This document shows positions 49,641 to 63,339 of a stretch of DNA of 64,000 nucleotides, one piece after another. How positions within the stretch are numbered: the first letter of the stretch is position 1; each line of letters opens with the position of its first letter. The notes beneath the pieces are model-generated. The model searched no databases and was not told the origin of the DNA. It saw only the letters and a list, made by a program, of their open reading frames with translations. Where the stretch lies: positions 6,535,903 to 6,599,902 of the forward strand of contig NC_068981.1 of assembly GCF_001194135.2 (NCBI RefSeq), read 5' to 3'. The DNA comes from Octopus bimaculoides. Taxonomy: Eukaryota. The translations under genes and the position numbers were made by a program.

Positions 49641-52218
49641 GAGTTTGTTAGCCCCCCCCCCGCTCCCCATAGAAACAAGACAAGTGAAACAATAAAATGA
49701 AGCTGACCGAAAACGAAACATTTCTTCAAATGTTAGGAATAAATACCAGGAATAGAGTATTTACCGAAATAAATGCAGTTTCGTCTGTTGAAATGAAATG
49801 AGTAAGTTGAGAATTTTATAAATAATGTGACGAGGGATAGCAATCATTATAAGAAAGAATTTGTACGAGAAAAAACAGCCACTGGCATAGCTACAAAAGC
49901 TAATCCGCCAAAAGAGAGAAAATGTATTTATGTTATAAGGAATTAAGAATTAACACCACGAAACGAAAGTAAATAGATTTCTGTAAAAAAATGAACTGAA
50001 GATATCCAACTGTAAAAGTCCATTTAATCATAGGAAAACAGGTATGGCTCAAATATACATGAACAATGATAAGGAGAGAAGCAGAGACTAAATTAGCAAG
50101 GAAATGGGAAACTGCAGGTATTGTTAGCTATTCTGGGTTTCCTAATTACACGCTCAATATGCATGTTAAAGCATTGTTTTCAATCTAATGGTGTAATGAT
50201 CCACTGGAATTAGACGTCTAATACAGCAACACTAATTTGTATTGCCAACACCAATAACCGTTCATTGAACAAACATTAACAAAATGTCGGAGTAAATATT
50301 TAATGGGAAAAGTCTACAAAGCACTCATGACAAAATTACTCTGAACGAGAGAAAAGGTGTCTTCGAGGTTTTATCATAAATATTTCCTGCATAGAGTTAC
50401 GTTATATAGAAAGAAGAGTGGTGCCAATAGAGCAATAGATTGGATAATTTACAGACGAAACAGGGAGTGTCTTTGGCAGGGTATAGAAAATTACATGGAA
50501 ACAACGGCAAATAGTTACGTTATAATCCAATGAAAATCTAAATTAATTATAAGACACCATCATCGACCGACAGAAACGCGAGGATAAATACGAAATATTT
50601 CCTAGTCTTCCACACAATAAATTAACACAGTGCGTTGATCGTTGGAACAATATGGTTGCGCGTACTTTTGCGCTTTGAGATTAAATCCCACCGGAGCCAA
50701 CTCTGTATTTCCGTCTTTTCACGTCGTTAAAATAAATATCAAGACAGTGGAGCAGTTTGTAAGACCATCGCATAAGATTTCTTGGAGTATTTCTAAGCGG
50801 TGGAGCATCATGACATGATATATCTGTTGCTCAACTTAACACCACCACTGCCTCACCTGACCCTCAAGCCGAGTTAAGTTAGTTTTAGTAATTTGAGTTA
50901 AATCTCTGGCTTGCGGAAAAACTCCCTTATGTCTTCCACCTGTGTGGGGATCCCTGAGAAAATATAAATTAAGTGTCCTCCCTTTGTAAGTAAGCAATAA
51001 AAAAGTGTTTGAAAGAAGAGAATTTTAATGAAGTGTGATCAATGTCTAGAGAAGGAAAATTAGTTGGGTTGCTGAGAATGTTATGGCCAAGAACGCAGCG
51101 ATGTGACGCGATGCAAACAATCAATTAATGATCTGCTACTTGAGTGGTCCACTCTTCTGAAGTTCTGAGTGAAAATATTGATGTTGTTTAACCCTAGGTC
51201 ACTCAAACAAACCCATGGTCTTTCCCGTCCTGGTCGTCTTATCCTTTTTTTACTGTTAGGTGTGATTCGAAGGAATTCGCCTTCTCTTACAATAAGATTC
51301 GATTGGTGACGTAGAAGTTCGATTAGCTGTGTAAGGACTGATTCTACACCGTTAATCGAGACGAATTGACGATCATGGAATTGAGGACGATTAAATGTTT
51401 GTGAGCATTAATGGAGATAAGATTGAAATAGACAGACAGACAGACAGACCAACAGTCGAGTATAAAGGGAGATGTGTGTAAAGAAGAACAACAGTTGGCA
51501 ATTAATGGAGATTATTAATAAAACATTTCTGTCATACTTAGACAAAGCTTTTTTTGAGTAAGTTTTCTATAAAAAAAAAACATGAAGAATAACTGTTCCA
51601 CTGTTCATACAGCATTTTCTCTCTCATTAGAATTTCTTCATTCTTCTTCATTGTATAAAAACGATAAACATCATAATATCTTATATGCAATCAAAAGAGA
51701 AATGAATAAATAAATTATTGGAAAATATTTTATTGAACAAGCAATGTAATTTGACTTAATTACCTTACATTTAATTATATTGTTTTTATTGATTATTATC
51801 TACTGATATTTAATGATCGGCAGCGAATAGCAATTTGACCCATTATTCAAAAAAAAAAAAAAAAATCTGTTGTTTCATTGAATGAGTAAATATTGCAGTC
51901 ATGTTTGGTTCGCACTACAGCAAAACACTCCGCAACATACGTCGCTGTGGAAAAGAAGGGTTAGACTAGTTATGGAAACAGACACACCACGACATCTGAG
52001 TCGAGACAATACAGATGTTTTATTGAGAGATGTTTTGAGAAAATAAACAAACCATGTAACAGAAGTGTGACTTCTAAGAAAGATATTGTTAGTGAGACAT
52101 TCGACGACGAGACGGGAATTAATTAAGAAAGCTGATAAAACAAATATAGACCATAAATATGAAGTGTGAGTGAAATATTGGTTGTATATATATATTTGTG
52201 TGTGTGTGTGTGTATACA

Positions 52219-52330
52219 TACAGTAATCCCTCGCCATATTGTGATTTATTATTTTAGCTTACGTCGATTCCTCCGTGGTGTGGTTTTGCATTCATAATAA
52301 AATAAATATATACAAATTATAAAAATAATC
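52219..52330. mobile_element. Tigger/pogo-like transposon end
   Basis: TA followed by CAGTAATCCCTCGCCATATTG, a typical pogo/Tigger TIR start; the other end was not found. Confidence 0.55.
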
Positions 52331-52559
52331 ATAAAAAATATACAGTACAGAAAACCGAGAAATCCTTAAATCCTGGCAGATTGGTTTGTGTTTGAAGAGT
52401 CCAGTTCGTTGCAAGCATTCAGGTTTAGTCTCTGACTGGAGGATATCTTCATCCCTCCCCACCAATAATCTCGAAAACCCTGTAAATCTAAAGAGTAGAG
52501 TCAGTTAAAAGATTAATTCTTGTCAAAAAAGCAACAGAGATAATCTTAACATTTTAAAT

Positions 52560-52715
52560 TTAACAGCATTTCGTCCGTCTTTACGTTCTGAGTTCAAATT
52601 CTGACGAGGTCGACTTTGTCTTTCATCCTTTTGGGGCCGATAAAATAAGTACCAGTTGAAGACTGGTAGGGGCGGGGGGGGGGCATGTAATCGACTTACC
52701 CTCTCCCTCAAAACT
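52560..52715 (+). mobile_element. SINE family A, 5'-truncated
   Basis: GCATTTCGTCCGTCTTTACGTTCTGAGTTCAAATTC...GAGGTCGACTTTG. Confidence 0.8.
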
Positions 52716-53459
52716 GAAATCAATATTATTCACTATGACCATTTCTAGAGCCACCGAGACTGGACCAGGGGATGATGTTAAACTAGACAACAGATTTTCT
52801 ATACTAGCCAAGGACAAAAACGACTGGCTTTTACCAAATCTCACCGAGAATGACAAAACAGAAAGGAAATAGAGCAATGAGGGATTTCGTAAATCTAACG
52901 ACACTTTAAAATGATTTTAGAGTTCCTGAATAGGACATCATTTTAATCAATTCTCGAAAATAATTCACTGTCTTTCTAACAATAATACCCATTTGTTTTT
53001 ATAAAACATCTTACATTATTTCCCAAGCTATTATTTTTCCAATTTGTCATTGGTTGGTTGTATTGGTCTGTGCTGTGTGTATGTCTGTATGTATGCCTCC
53101 GTCTCTACATTTAAAATGGTTTCATTCGGCCAACGATGATGGCAATTCCATATTTCCTTCCCAAATATTGTCGAACCAATTGCCAATAGAACAAATGTTT
53201 GTATTAACCATTCAGTATCCAATATTCACATTAGTAACGCCGACTACTCCTCTCTGTGTCTACAAACTGTAATATGGAAGATGAAACGCCGCTGTCTGAC
53301 GGGCAGCTGACGTCATTCGGAGAAAGTTGTGTATCTAACATCCAGAATCTCTCAAGAGGAGCATCTTTGACGCTAGCATTCTTTTAGTTTTGCAAAGACA
53401 TTATAAGTATTAAACATATTGTTATAAATCTCTTTCTCTCTGTCTCTCTCTCACACACA

Positions 53460-53560
53460 CGCACACAGGCTTGCACACACACACAGGCTTGCACACACAC
53501 ACACAGACTTGCACACACACACAAGCTTGCACACACACACAGGCTTGCACACACACGCAC
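53460..53560. repeat. 20-22-bp minisatellite, about 5 units of CAGGCTTG(CA)n
   Basis: AGGCTTGCACACAC repeated with variants AGACTTG and AAGCTTG. Confidence 0.85.
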
Positions 53561-53575
53561 ACGCACACGCGCGCG

Positions 53576-53617
<42 letters not shown>

Positions 53618-53778
53618 ACACAGACACCCAGGCACACGCACTCTCTTTCTCTCTCCCTGACTCTCAACTTCGTTCTCACCGCAAATATTTATATCTCGTC
53701 ATTATCTACTTTCTTCTATTTCTCCCTCTCTCTCTCTTTCTCTCTCGTTCTTTCTCTCTTTTCCTTTCTCTTTGTCTT

Positions 53779-53823
<45 letters not shown>

Positions 53824-53959
53824 TGTTCGTTCTATTGCTCGGTCTCATCTCGACTCTCATCAACATCCACCACACACAACCGCACACATACAAAACACAC
53901 GCGATAAAAAAAAAAACTATGCTAGCAACTTGATGTTAACCTTTCAATTATTTAAAACC

Positions 53960-54060
53960 CAACGAAGATTTTTATTTTCTGAATGGGAATTAGTGAGACA
54001 ATGGGATGGGACCCGAAACCATGCGGTCAGAAAGCAGACTTCTTAGCACACGGGGCCACC
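53960..54060 (-). mobile_element. SINE family B, 5' fragment, diverged
   Basis: GGGACCCGAAACCATGCGGTCAGAAAGCAGACTTCTTAGCACACGG is the reverse complement of the head. Confidence 0.55.
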
Positions 54061-57000
54061 CCTGTGTTTGTAAGGGTAGAATTATTGTTTTTAGGTTTCT
54101 GTATATAAAAACGTAGTATCAGTTTGATCTCAAATAAATGTAATTCGGCTTATTGGGTAGAAATGACCTTTATTGTTTCGAAGAGGCCAAGAACCTAATG
54201 AAATATAAAGCATTGGGTCAGTAGCTAGGAATTTAAGGAACGGAGAAGATTGCCAGTGGGACGATTAGACATATGTAGAGAAATAAGAAAAGAAGAAGGA
54301 AAAGAAAAGCGGAGGAAACTTCTATTTAGAATATGGAGAAATACTTGTAAAAGGCGACTGATTAACGGAAACAGTGAAAGGTTTTTACTATTTCATTAGA
54401 TCTATTCCTGTCGGTAGGGATCACATCTTTTTTGGAAGAATTAATAAGATATGTACCAGGGTATCAGTAGTCTTCCTTCACCTGAATCCACCCCTTGATG
54501 CCTTGTAATGACGTCTTGTGTCTTGGTAAGAAAACAATGTTATAGAGAGAAAGAAATGGTGGACGCTGTGGAGAGGATGTTCAGTGGTTAAATCTGAGTA
54601 CTCTGTAACAAAATGTTTCATATCAAGGTGATAGGGTCTAAAGAAAAGAGCTACCAGATGCTAGAATAAGGACATTCATGGAAATACTAAAGGGTCATTG
54701 CAATGATATACAACTAAGGCTCTCGGATCGCAAATCCAAAACATTTCTCACGTTGAATATATAGAAATGGCACGAAGAATATATCGCAGATATTCTGAGA
54801 ATGTGACAAGCATGAGAAGTACATAATCTCTGGGAGAAGATTTGGCTGTTATTTATTGTAGTAAATAACAGACAAATTATTTAAATTGGATTGTCGAAGT
54901 TGAAGAAAATAGAGCAAATTGTGAGATTTCTAAATTACGGTGACTTTACAGAAAAATGTAGCAGAAGGTGTAATGATGAAGTTGTCAAATTTACAAGAAC
55001 AATTCCACCTCGTAAAAATATAAACCAGCCAATTACTCGTAGACTGAACATTGGTATTTATAATCATCTCTGTAAAATGACTAGCTTTGTCTCAGAGACG
55101 ATTTCAATTATTTTAAAGAGTTCAATATACTTCTAATATACTTTGAAAGACACTTCATTTTCTATTGTATCATTCATAAATTATAGGTTATTCGCATCTG
55201 TTTTATTTCACATTTCCTTTTATTAGTCATTTCTCGCTGTTTTCTATTTTAGAACTTCCATTCTATGTCGTGGCTTTCATTTGTTTTTGTTTCTTCTTCG
55301 TTTAAACATCGTGATTTTCAAGCGATACACAGATTCTTTCAATGGCAATCACGGTGTCTTTTACCTCCATAATCTTAAATTATACTTCTAACTTCCTGTC
55401 AGCTCATTCGGTGTCGTTTAGTTTTATACGACCAAAAAATCTGACATTTTAACGCTCTTTTGGTGTTGCCGTCTCTTTAACAGATTAACTTTATTGTTTT
55501 TCTTCCTCTAATCGCAGATTCCAACTTTTCACCAAATAAACAACATCAAGCGCCCCCTACAATATTTTACATTTGTTTGATTTAATTTTCCAAATTTTTT
55601 TTTTGTCTCTCTTGACATATCGTCTGTCTGTCTGTGTGTCTGCAAAGATGGTGTTTTTATTCTACAAACTTCTTCTCAATTCCTTTCTCTAGTCTTCTTC
55701 ACGATCTCCTTCTCTTCGCAATTCACGCATTTCCTCCTCTTTCTCTCCTTTTCTCCTTCCTCTCAGCTTTTCTTATATTTTCCTCTCTGCATTTAACCTC
55801 CAGCTCTCTCCTTCCTCTCTAGCAGTCTCTCCCTTCCTCTCTCTTTCTCCCTTTTATCCTCTCCTCATCCTTTCCCTCGTTTTTCTTTCTCCCCTTTTTC
55901 CTATGTTCTTAGTTTAGATCTCTCACCCTCTTTCTCACGAAACACTCTCTCTTTCTCTCTCTCTCTATCGTTCTCTCTCCATCGCTTATCCTCCTCCTTC
56001 GTCTCTCAACCTGTCTTTGTCGTCACCCTTCATATTGGTCCCTAATTCTTAAACACCTTCCCTCCCTCTTCCTCCTCCCACTTGCTTTCAGTTCAATTAT
56101 TCTCTCTCTCTCTCTCTCTCTTTCCCTTTATGTATATGTGTGTGTATGTGTGGGTGCGTGTGCGTGTGTACATACACACATGCATACACACATACATACA
56201 CACATACATACACACATACATACATGCTCATAAATTACACACACTCTCGCAAAATTAATTCCCTCCTCATCCTTCTCCTCCTCCTTCCCTCTCTCTTCTT
56301 ATTTACAATCTTATTTTCTTCGTCTCCTCCTCTCTCATTATCAGTTCATTACTCACAAATATTTTTATTATTTTCTCTTCCCTTCTTCCAGCCCCGATTT
56401 CTTTTCATCTCTTTATCTTTCTCCTTTACCTCTTACACAGCCTGAGCCTCCTCCCCCCGTTCCTCATCTTCCATCTCTTCCTCTTCTCCCACCACTACCA
56501 CCACCACCACCACCACCACCACCACCTTCTCCTCCTCCAACTCAGATCATCGAAGCTTACTTTGCCACCTTTTGCTCGTTATGTATGCACGCCATATTTT
56601 CATGTCATTAAAATTTGGATTACTTTGAATGAATGTCTTAGGACGGGAGCGAAGGAGAATGGAGGGGCGGAAGGATGAAAAAAAGAAAAGAAAGACAGAG
56701 AGCAGGAGAGGAGGGAGACAGAAAGAACGAAAGAAAGTAGAGAGAGAGATGGAGAACGAGAAGAAAGAGTAACAGTGGAAAACAGTTTGTGTGTGTGTGT
56801 ATTTGGTGAGAGTAGTTTGTGTTTGTGTGTGTGTGTGAATTATAGTGTGAAAAAGCAGGAGAGAGGTGGGTAGAAAGAGGGGCAGAGAATGTGTGTGTAT
56901 GAAGAGGAATAAATCAACAAGTAATATGAAAGACAGACGTTACTCGAAGTGAATGAAAATTCATCGAGCTCAATGTGAAAGGGCAGCGTTCATAAATCAC

Positions 57001-57814
57001 AGAAATAATTAAGTCTTGCTTGAAGAAAGCAATAACAGTGAAACATCACAAAGAAAGCAATTATGATTATATACATACGCGCGCACACACACACACACAC
57101 ACACAACATGTATATCTTTATGTGTGTGTGTTTCATTCTGTGTGTGCATACACACACACACACACACACACATATATATGTATATTTAAGTGTGTTTGTT
57201 TGTGTGTTAGTGTAAAAAAATGGATGAAGGAAGGAAAACTAAGGAATCAACGAAAGAAGAGAAAGAAAAAAACCTTATTTAAATGGTGTTTTCTTGTCGT
57301 AATACCATACTTGTCTTTAATTTATTGTTCCAGTAAAAACATGAAACTATCGACAAGTCATGTGCTCCACATGATTATTTGTTATTGCTGTTGTTGTTGT
57401 TGTTGTGGTCTTCCTTCTCTCCCTACAGCTTCCGCATCTTGCCTTTTCAAGCCAGACGAGACGTGAATGAAGATATTTTAACATTTAATGGAGATGTTTT
57501 ACTTCAATTATATCTAAAAAAAAAAAAACCCAACAACTTAATCATTGAATAGCCGCCATTTCTTTTGATATATTCATGTTGTGGTTGTACTGTTGCTGTT
57601 GGTATTTGGCCGCAGGTCATTTAGCAGATCTATGAAAAAAGATACGCCACCCGTGACCATCCCATCGTTTTACGTATACAATGTACTAGGTTACCTAATA
57701 AGTCGTTGTTTTTTTCTTTCGGACTACAGGGTGTGGTATAAATGAAATTTGGCTGCTATTTCAAATTATCGCGAAGAGGTGCCTCGTTAGCAGGATAGTT
57801 CATTACCAATTAGG

Positions 57815-58220
57815 TTCGATTTTATTTGTTTCAGTCACTGGATTGTGGCCACGCTAGGGCACGACCTTGAAGAGTTTAGTCAAAAGAATCGACCCCAGTA
57901 CTTGTTTACTTTTCAAGTCTGGTACTGATTATATCGGTCTCTTTTTGCCGAACCAGTCGTCAAGAAGTAGTGGTGGTGGTGGTGGTGGGAGGAGCAACAC
58001 ACACACACACACAGACACACACACTCACACACACACACACACACACACATATATACAACGGGTTTCTTATAATTTTCATACGAACTTAGCAAATTTACTC
58101 ACAAGATTTTGGCCGGTGCGGTGGTTACAGTGAAATACACTTGGCCTTGGTACTATGCAGTGAGACTGAACCCGGGGCGGTGTCATTGGGAAGCCAATTT
58201 CTTATCACACAACTACGCCC
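57815..58220 (-). mobile_element. SINE family B, diverged
   Basis: TTTGTTTCAGTCA...CGACCCCAGTACTT...TGAGACTGAACCC. Confidence 0.7.
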
Positions 58221-58434
58221 ATTACGCAGTCGCGCAACGTTTATTAGTTTACTATTTTTATTCCTTATGTTTAGACTGTTTATCGGTTTTGTTTATTGTT
58301 TGTTAATGGTTATGGTTATTGACTGCTTAACTTTACGTTTACTTATGTTAGTTATGTTTATCAGAAATGTTCACAGCTTATTTATGTTCACTGTAATAAT
58401 AGAAATTGGTAGACATTGTTAAATATCGCTGGTC

Positions 58435-58682
58435 ACAATGCGCTTTGCATCATTTTAAGCTTTCTAATGATGCCACTGGGCTGGCTGAATGATCAGGCCA
58501 GCACTTCTCCCCCCTGATCAGAAGGCTAGTCTGTTGCAGGGTGACCTATTCACGGCTGAGTGGACTGGAGCTATGTGAAATGAAGGATTTTGCTCAAAAA
58601 ACACATCGCGCCGCTCCACCTGGGAATCGAACCCATGATCTAGTGATCATGAGTGCAAAATCCTAACCACGTGGCCACGCAC
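58435..58682 (-). mobile_element. tRNA-derived SINE with V-domain-like body (family C)
   Basis: Minus strand: TGGCCACGTGGTTAG A box, GGTTCGATTCCC B box, CTCCAGTCCACTCAGC...GACTAGCC..GATCAGGGG resembling the V-SINE central domain. Confidence 0.6.
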
Positions 58683-58899
58683 TTTCACATACATGTATGT
58701 GTGTATGCATGTATATATATATATATGTACGTATGCATATATTCATGTATGTATGTGTGTGTTTGTATGTGTGTGCGTGCTAGTGTGTGTATGTGTGTGT
58801 GCGTGTGTAAGGGAGGCTGGGTGGCTGGTCAGTGACGGTGTGCATTTTTGAGCAGATGTTCATGCTTGCAAGTTGCATCTTCAAGTGTGCATCAAATGT

Positions 58900-58980
58900 G
58901 GCGAGTCACGTGACGGATGATGTAATGAGGTGAGGAAGGTCAGACGCGGAAGAAGGAGAGGGGGAGTTATTGGCTGAGTG
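58900..58980. promoter_or_regulatory. Promoter-like motif cluster
   Basis: GTCACGTGAC (58905-58914), ATGATGTAAT (58917-58926), CGGAA (58947-58951), reverse CCAAT box in TTATTGGCTGA (ATTGG at 58969-58973). Confidence 0.35.
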
Positions 58981-59057
58981 AAACAATGACATCCGTCGAC
59001 GATCGAGTCTCTTTGGCTTTTACATATTTCATTAGATATACGCGCGTGTGTGTGTGT

Positions 59058-59089
<32 letters not shown>

Positions 59090-59254
59090 CTGTCTGTCTG
59101 TGTGTGTGCGTGCGTGTGTGTGTGTGTGTGTGTATGTGTGTGCGTGTGTGTGTGGCGATGAAATAAACTCTTCTCGAAGAGCTGGGAGAAATCATCAGCG
59201 CTGTAACTTGGGATCATCAGTTATTTTGGGCCTTTCAACAGAGGATGTCCTCAC

Positions 59255-59304
59255 CGTGGAAGTAGCAGCTGGTCGGGGGTTGATCAGACCCTGAATCGAT
59301 TCCT
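59255..59304 (-). other. Candidate exon (50 nt)
   Basis: Long CT-rich tract ending ccattttAG; donor ACG|gtgagg; open frame [16 protein letters not shown]. Confidence 0.2.
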
Positions 59305-59346
59305 CTAAAATGGTGACAGAGAGGAAGAGGGAGAGGAGACAAAGGT

Positions 59347-59389
<43 letters not shown>

Positions 59390-60381
59390 NNNNNNNNNNN
59401 NNNNNNNNNNNNNNNNNNNNNNNNNNNNNNNNNNNNNNNNNNNNNNNNNNNNNNNNNNNNNNNNNNNNNNNNNNNNNNNNNNNNNNNNNNNNNNNNNNNN
59501 NNNNNNNNNNNNNNNNNNNNNNNNNNNNNNNNNNNNNNNNNNNNNNNNNNNNNNNNNNNNNNNNNNNNNNNNNNNNNNNNNNNNNNNNNNNNNNNNNNNN
59601 NNNNNNNNNNNNNNNNNNNNNNNNNNNNNNNNNNNNNNNNNNNNNNNNNNNNNNNNNNNNNNNNNNNNNNNNNNNNNNNNNNNNNNNNNNNNNNNNNNNN
59701 NNNNNNNNNNNNNNNNNNNNNNNNNNNNNNNNNNNNNNNNNNNNNNNNNNNNNNNNNNNNNNNNNNNNNNNNNNNNNNNNNNNNNNNNNNNNNNNNNNNN
59801 NNNNNNNNNNNNNNNNNNNNNNNNNNNNNNNNNNNNNNNNNNNNNNNNNNNNNNNNNNNNNNNNNNNNNNNNNNNNNNNNNNNNNNNNNNNNNNNNNNNN
59901 NNNNNNNNNNNNNNNNNNNNNNNNNNNNNNNNNNNNNNNNNNNNNNNNNNNNNNNNNNNNNNNNNNNNNNNNNNNNNNNNNNNNNNNNNNNNNNNNNNNN
60001 NNNNNNNNNNNNNNNNNNNNNNNNNNNNNNNNNNNNNNNNNNNNNNNNNNNNNNNNNNNNNNNNNNNNNNNNNNNNNNNNNNNNNNNNNNNNNNNNNNNN
60101 NNNNNNNNNNNNNNNNNNNNNNNNNNNNNNNNNNNNNNNNNNNNNNNNNNNNNNNNNNNNNNNNNNNNNNNNNNNNNNNNNNNNNNNNNNNNNNNNNNNN
60201 NNNNNNNNNNNNNNNNNNNNNNNNNNNNNNNNNNNNNNNNNNNNNNNNNNNNNNNNNNNNNNNNNNNNNNNNNNNNNNNNNNNNNNNNNNNNNNNNNNNN
60301 NNNNNNNNNNNNNNNNNNNNNNNNNNNNNNNNNNNNNNNNNNNNNNNNNNNNNNCTCTCTCTCTCTCTCTCTCACCGCGTC

Positions 60382-60415
<34 letters not shown>

Positions 60416-61222
60416 ACTTCCTCTTCCCTCTCTCACACTCTTTCTTATATACTTTTTTTATGCGTACGATGTGGCGCCCTTCGAATGAAAGCTAACCCAA
60501 TGGACGACACTCAATGGACCCAATGGACAACACTTTTAAGTTCCTTTCGCTAAGTTCTAGAATTCATTAAGAAGCTGTTGATTAAGAGATTAAACAATAT
60601 TTATTTTATTAATCAGGTTATATTATTTAGGTTAGAGGTTATTAGAGGAATGAGAAAAACAACTTAACTACGTTATGATTAAAACCCAGAAGCAAACGAG
60701 TTGAAAGCCCAGTTCTGAACTCACCAAATATTAAAATATACAGTTCACTATTATAAAAGGACAGCAGAGATGTATACATCGATCTTATTTCTGATTTGTG
60801 TATCGATCTTTATGAGTGAGTAGAAAGTGGAAGGGGTAGGTGTGAAGAAAGAGACGTAGAGAGAATAAAGTTAATACTTACGAAAATGTTAAAAGCTTTC
60901 TATAAATACGAACAGTTATAGAAATATGGCCTACAAAAAAAAAATATATATATATAGAAACGTAAATTAAACATCGCACTACGTACACACATACTCACAC
61001 GCAGGAGCATACACACACACACACATACAAAATATAAATAGTCATACATGCGTGTGTGCGCAGGTGTGTGCCTATGTCTTCCGGTCACACGCTACACACG
61101 TTCCTTCCAAGCACTGCTGTAAACAGTGGAAGTGAGCTAAAACGTTGAAACTTAGTGCACATGCACAGCAAAGTCCAAAGTCGATTTGTGCCAAGTGGCT
61201 TTACTCTGCGTGCATCAGCTTC

Positions 61223-61236
61223 GTTACTATAGCAAC
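61223..61236. promoter_or_regulatory. RFX X-box motif
   Basis: GTTACTATAGCAAC fits GTHNYY-AT-RRNAAC; forkhead-type GTAAACA lies about 110 bp upstream. Confidence 0.3.
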
Positions 61237-61346
61237 ATACGTATTGATAAGACCACATATGCATATATATAGAGATTTACGTATGTATATATTGAGAGAT
61301 TTACAAATAGCAATTTTCTATTTTATATGCATGTACATATAATATA

Positions 61347-61393
<47 letters not shown>

Positions 61394-61705
61394 CATGCAA
61401 GAAGTAAATTGACGCCTTTAATTTTCAAAATTTCTTATCTAAGTGTCTTAATATGTTTTCTGCGGTGTAGAATTTACAATGTAATTATTATTCTTCATTC
61501 CAGGCGCCATTATATTAAACATTTGCAAAGAGTAACCATGCCATTGAAATTTCTTCAGTCTTGGTTTGTATTCTTGTATGAATATATTTCCTTCGCTTAT
61601 CCGTGCTTCGTCTATGGCGTTGACTAAACAAAAGTAAAGTGAAAAGACTTGGAATTTGAGTGATTTATTATTTTCTTTGCCCGGATTCTCCACATGTTAC
61701 GTTTA

Positions 61706-62090
61706 GTGCAGGCGTTGCTGTGCGGTAAGACGCTTGCTTCCCAACCAAAAGGTTCCGAGTTCTGTCCCACTGCGTGGCATCTTGAGCAGGTGTCCTCTAG
61801 TATAGCCTGATGCCAACCAAAGCCTTGTGCGTGGATTTGGTAGACGGAAACTAGAAGAAGCCCGTATATATATATATGTATGTATTTGTGTGTGTGTGTG
61901 TGTGTGTGCTTGTGTTTGCCCCCACCCCGCCATCGCATGACAACCGATTCTAGTGTGCTTATGTCCCCGTAATTTATCAGACCAATAGAATAAGTACTAG
62001 GGTTACAAAAATAAGTCCTGGAGTCCGTTTCCTCGACTAAGGCGGTGCCCCAGCATGGCCGCAGTCAAATGACTGAAACAAGTAAAAGAA
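61706..62090 (+). mobile_element. SINE family B, full length
   Basis: GCTGTGCGGTAAG...CCCACTGCGTGGCATCTTGAGCAGGTGTC...GACTGAAACAAGTAAAAGA. Confidence 0.85.
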
Positions 62091-62176
62091 GAAAAAGATA
62101 TGTCTATATGTCCTCTTAGTTGGATCTGTCTAGTTAATTTCAATGGGAAATTTTGATTTGTAAAACGAGTAAACCG

Positions 62177-62217
<41 letters not shown>

Positions 62218-62547
62218 NNNNNNNNNNNNNNNNNNNNNNNNNNNNNNNNNNNNNNNNNNNNNNNNNNNNNNNNNNNNNNNNNNNNNNNNNNNNNNNNNNN
62301 NNNNNNNNNNNNNNAGAGAGAGTGAGAAAGTGAGAGAGAGAAGGAGAGAGAGAGAAGGAGAGAGAAAGAAAAAAGAGAGAGAGAGAGACACATACAGACA
62401 CACACATGCACACAAACCTACACACATATGTATGTATGTAGGCAGGCCTGCATGTACGTATTCAAAAACTTGCACAGAAAGTTGACAAAGGAATACGCAA
62501 GTCCTGGACATGCTCTTCGCTCATCAATTATCGTTCAAAAATCATAC

Positions 62548-62607
62548 CGATTTTGCGCCTTTAACAATACGATTGTTCATTTTGGTGGTGTCAACACCAA
62601 AGAGCTG
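62548..62607 (-). other. Candidate exon (60 nt, phase 0-0)
   Basis: Acceptor tgtttgtcttcgtacccttctttacgttcgctcacttattcccAG; donor TCG|gtatga; open frame QLFGVDTTKMNNRIVKGAKS. Confidence 0.2.
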
Positions 62608-63244
62608 CTGGGAATAAGTGAGCGAACGTAAAGAAGGGTACGAAGACAAACAGCCGACACCGGTAGTTGATACATAAATAACTATACACCTACACATAAA
62701 GCCCTATAGGGCTTAGAAAGGAAAGTAGAGAGATAGATAGAAAGAAAGGGATAGAGTTGAGAGAGAAAGAGAGAAGGGGGAGAGAGAGATGGATGGATCT
62801 CTGTCGGTGACGATGGTGAATATTCATGTGTTCGAGCAACTGAATGACCGACCTTCCAATTCGATAAACACCTGTCTGTGCTGAATATAAAACTCAAAAC
62901 AGAACCATGAAGACAAAGCGTGACAAAACTGTCTTTGAACTGCAGATAGGATCCACCTTACTTACGAAAGTTCTATACTGTCCCCCTTTTACCCCAAATA
63001 TATTAGTCAATCCCAATTTATAGGAAATGACCTCATTTTAAAATCCATTTTTAGCTTAGATTTTATCTTGGCTGAAACATTTCTCTTATTGTGTTTGTTT
63101 TCTCTTTGCAACTGTCTGTCAGTTTAGCGTCCATTTTCTAGGCTTTCACTTCCTTCAACACAAAATACTTTTATTCGTTTTATGTTGCTCTTTCTATTAA
63201 TTTTCTATTATTCTTCACTTGAAGGTTTTGTAGTCCTATATTGG

Positions 63245-63339
<95 letters not shown>

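Noticed and set aside
60882-60899. 18-nt minus-strand microexon-like segment (KAFNIF)
   Set aside because: AG/GT spacing like this is frequent by chance in AT-rich DNA; no supporting context.
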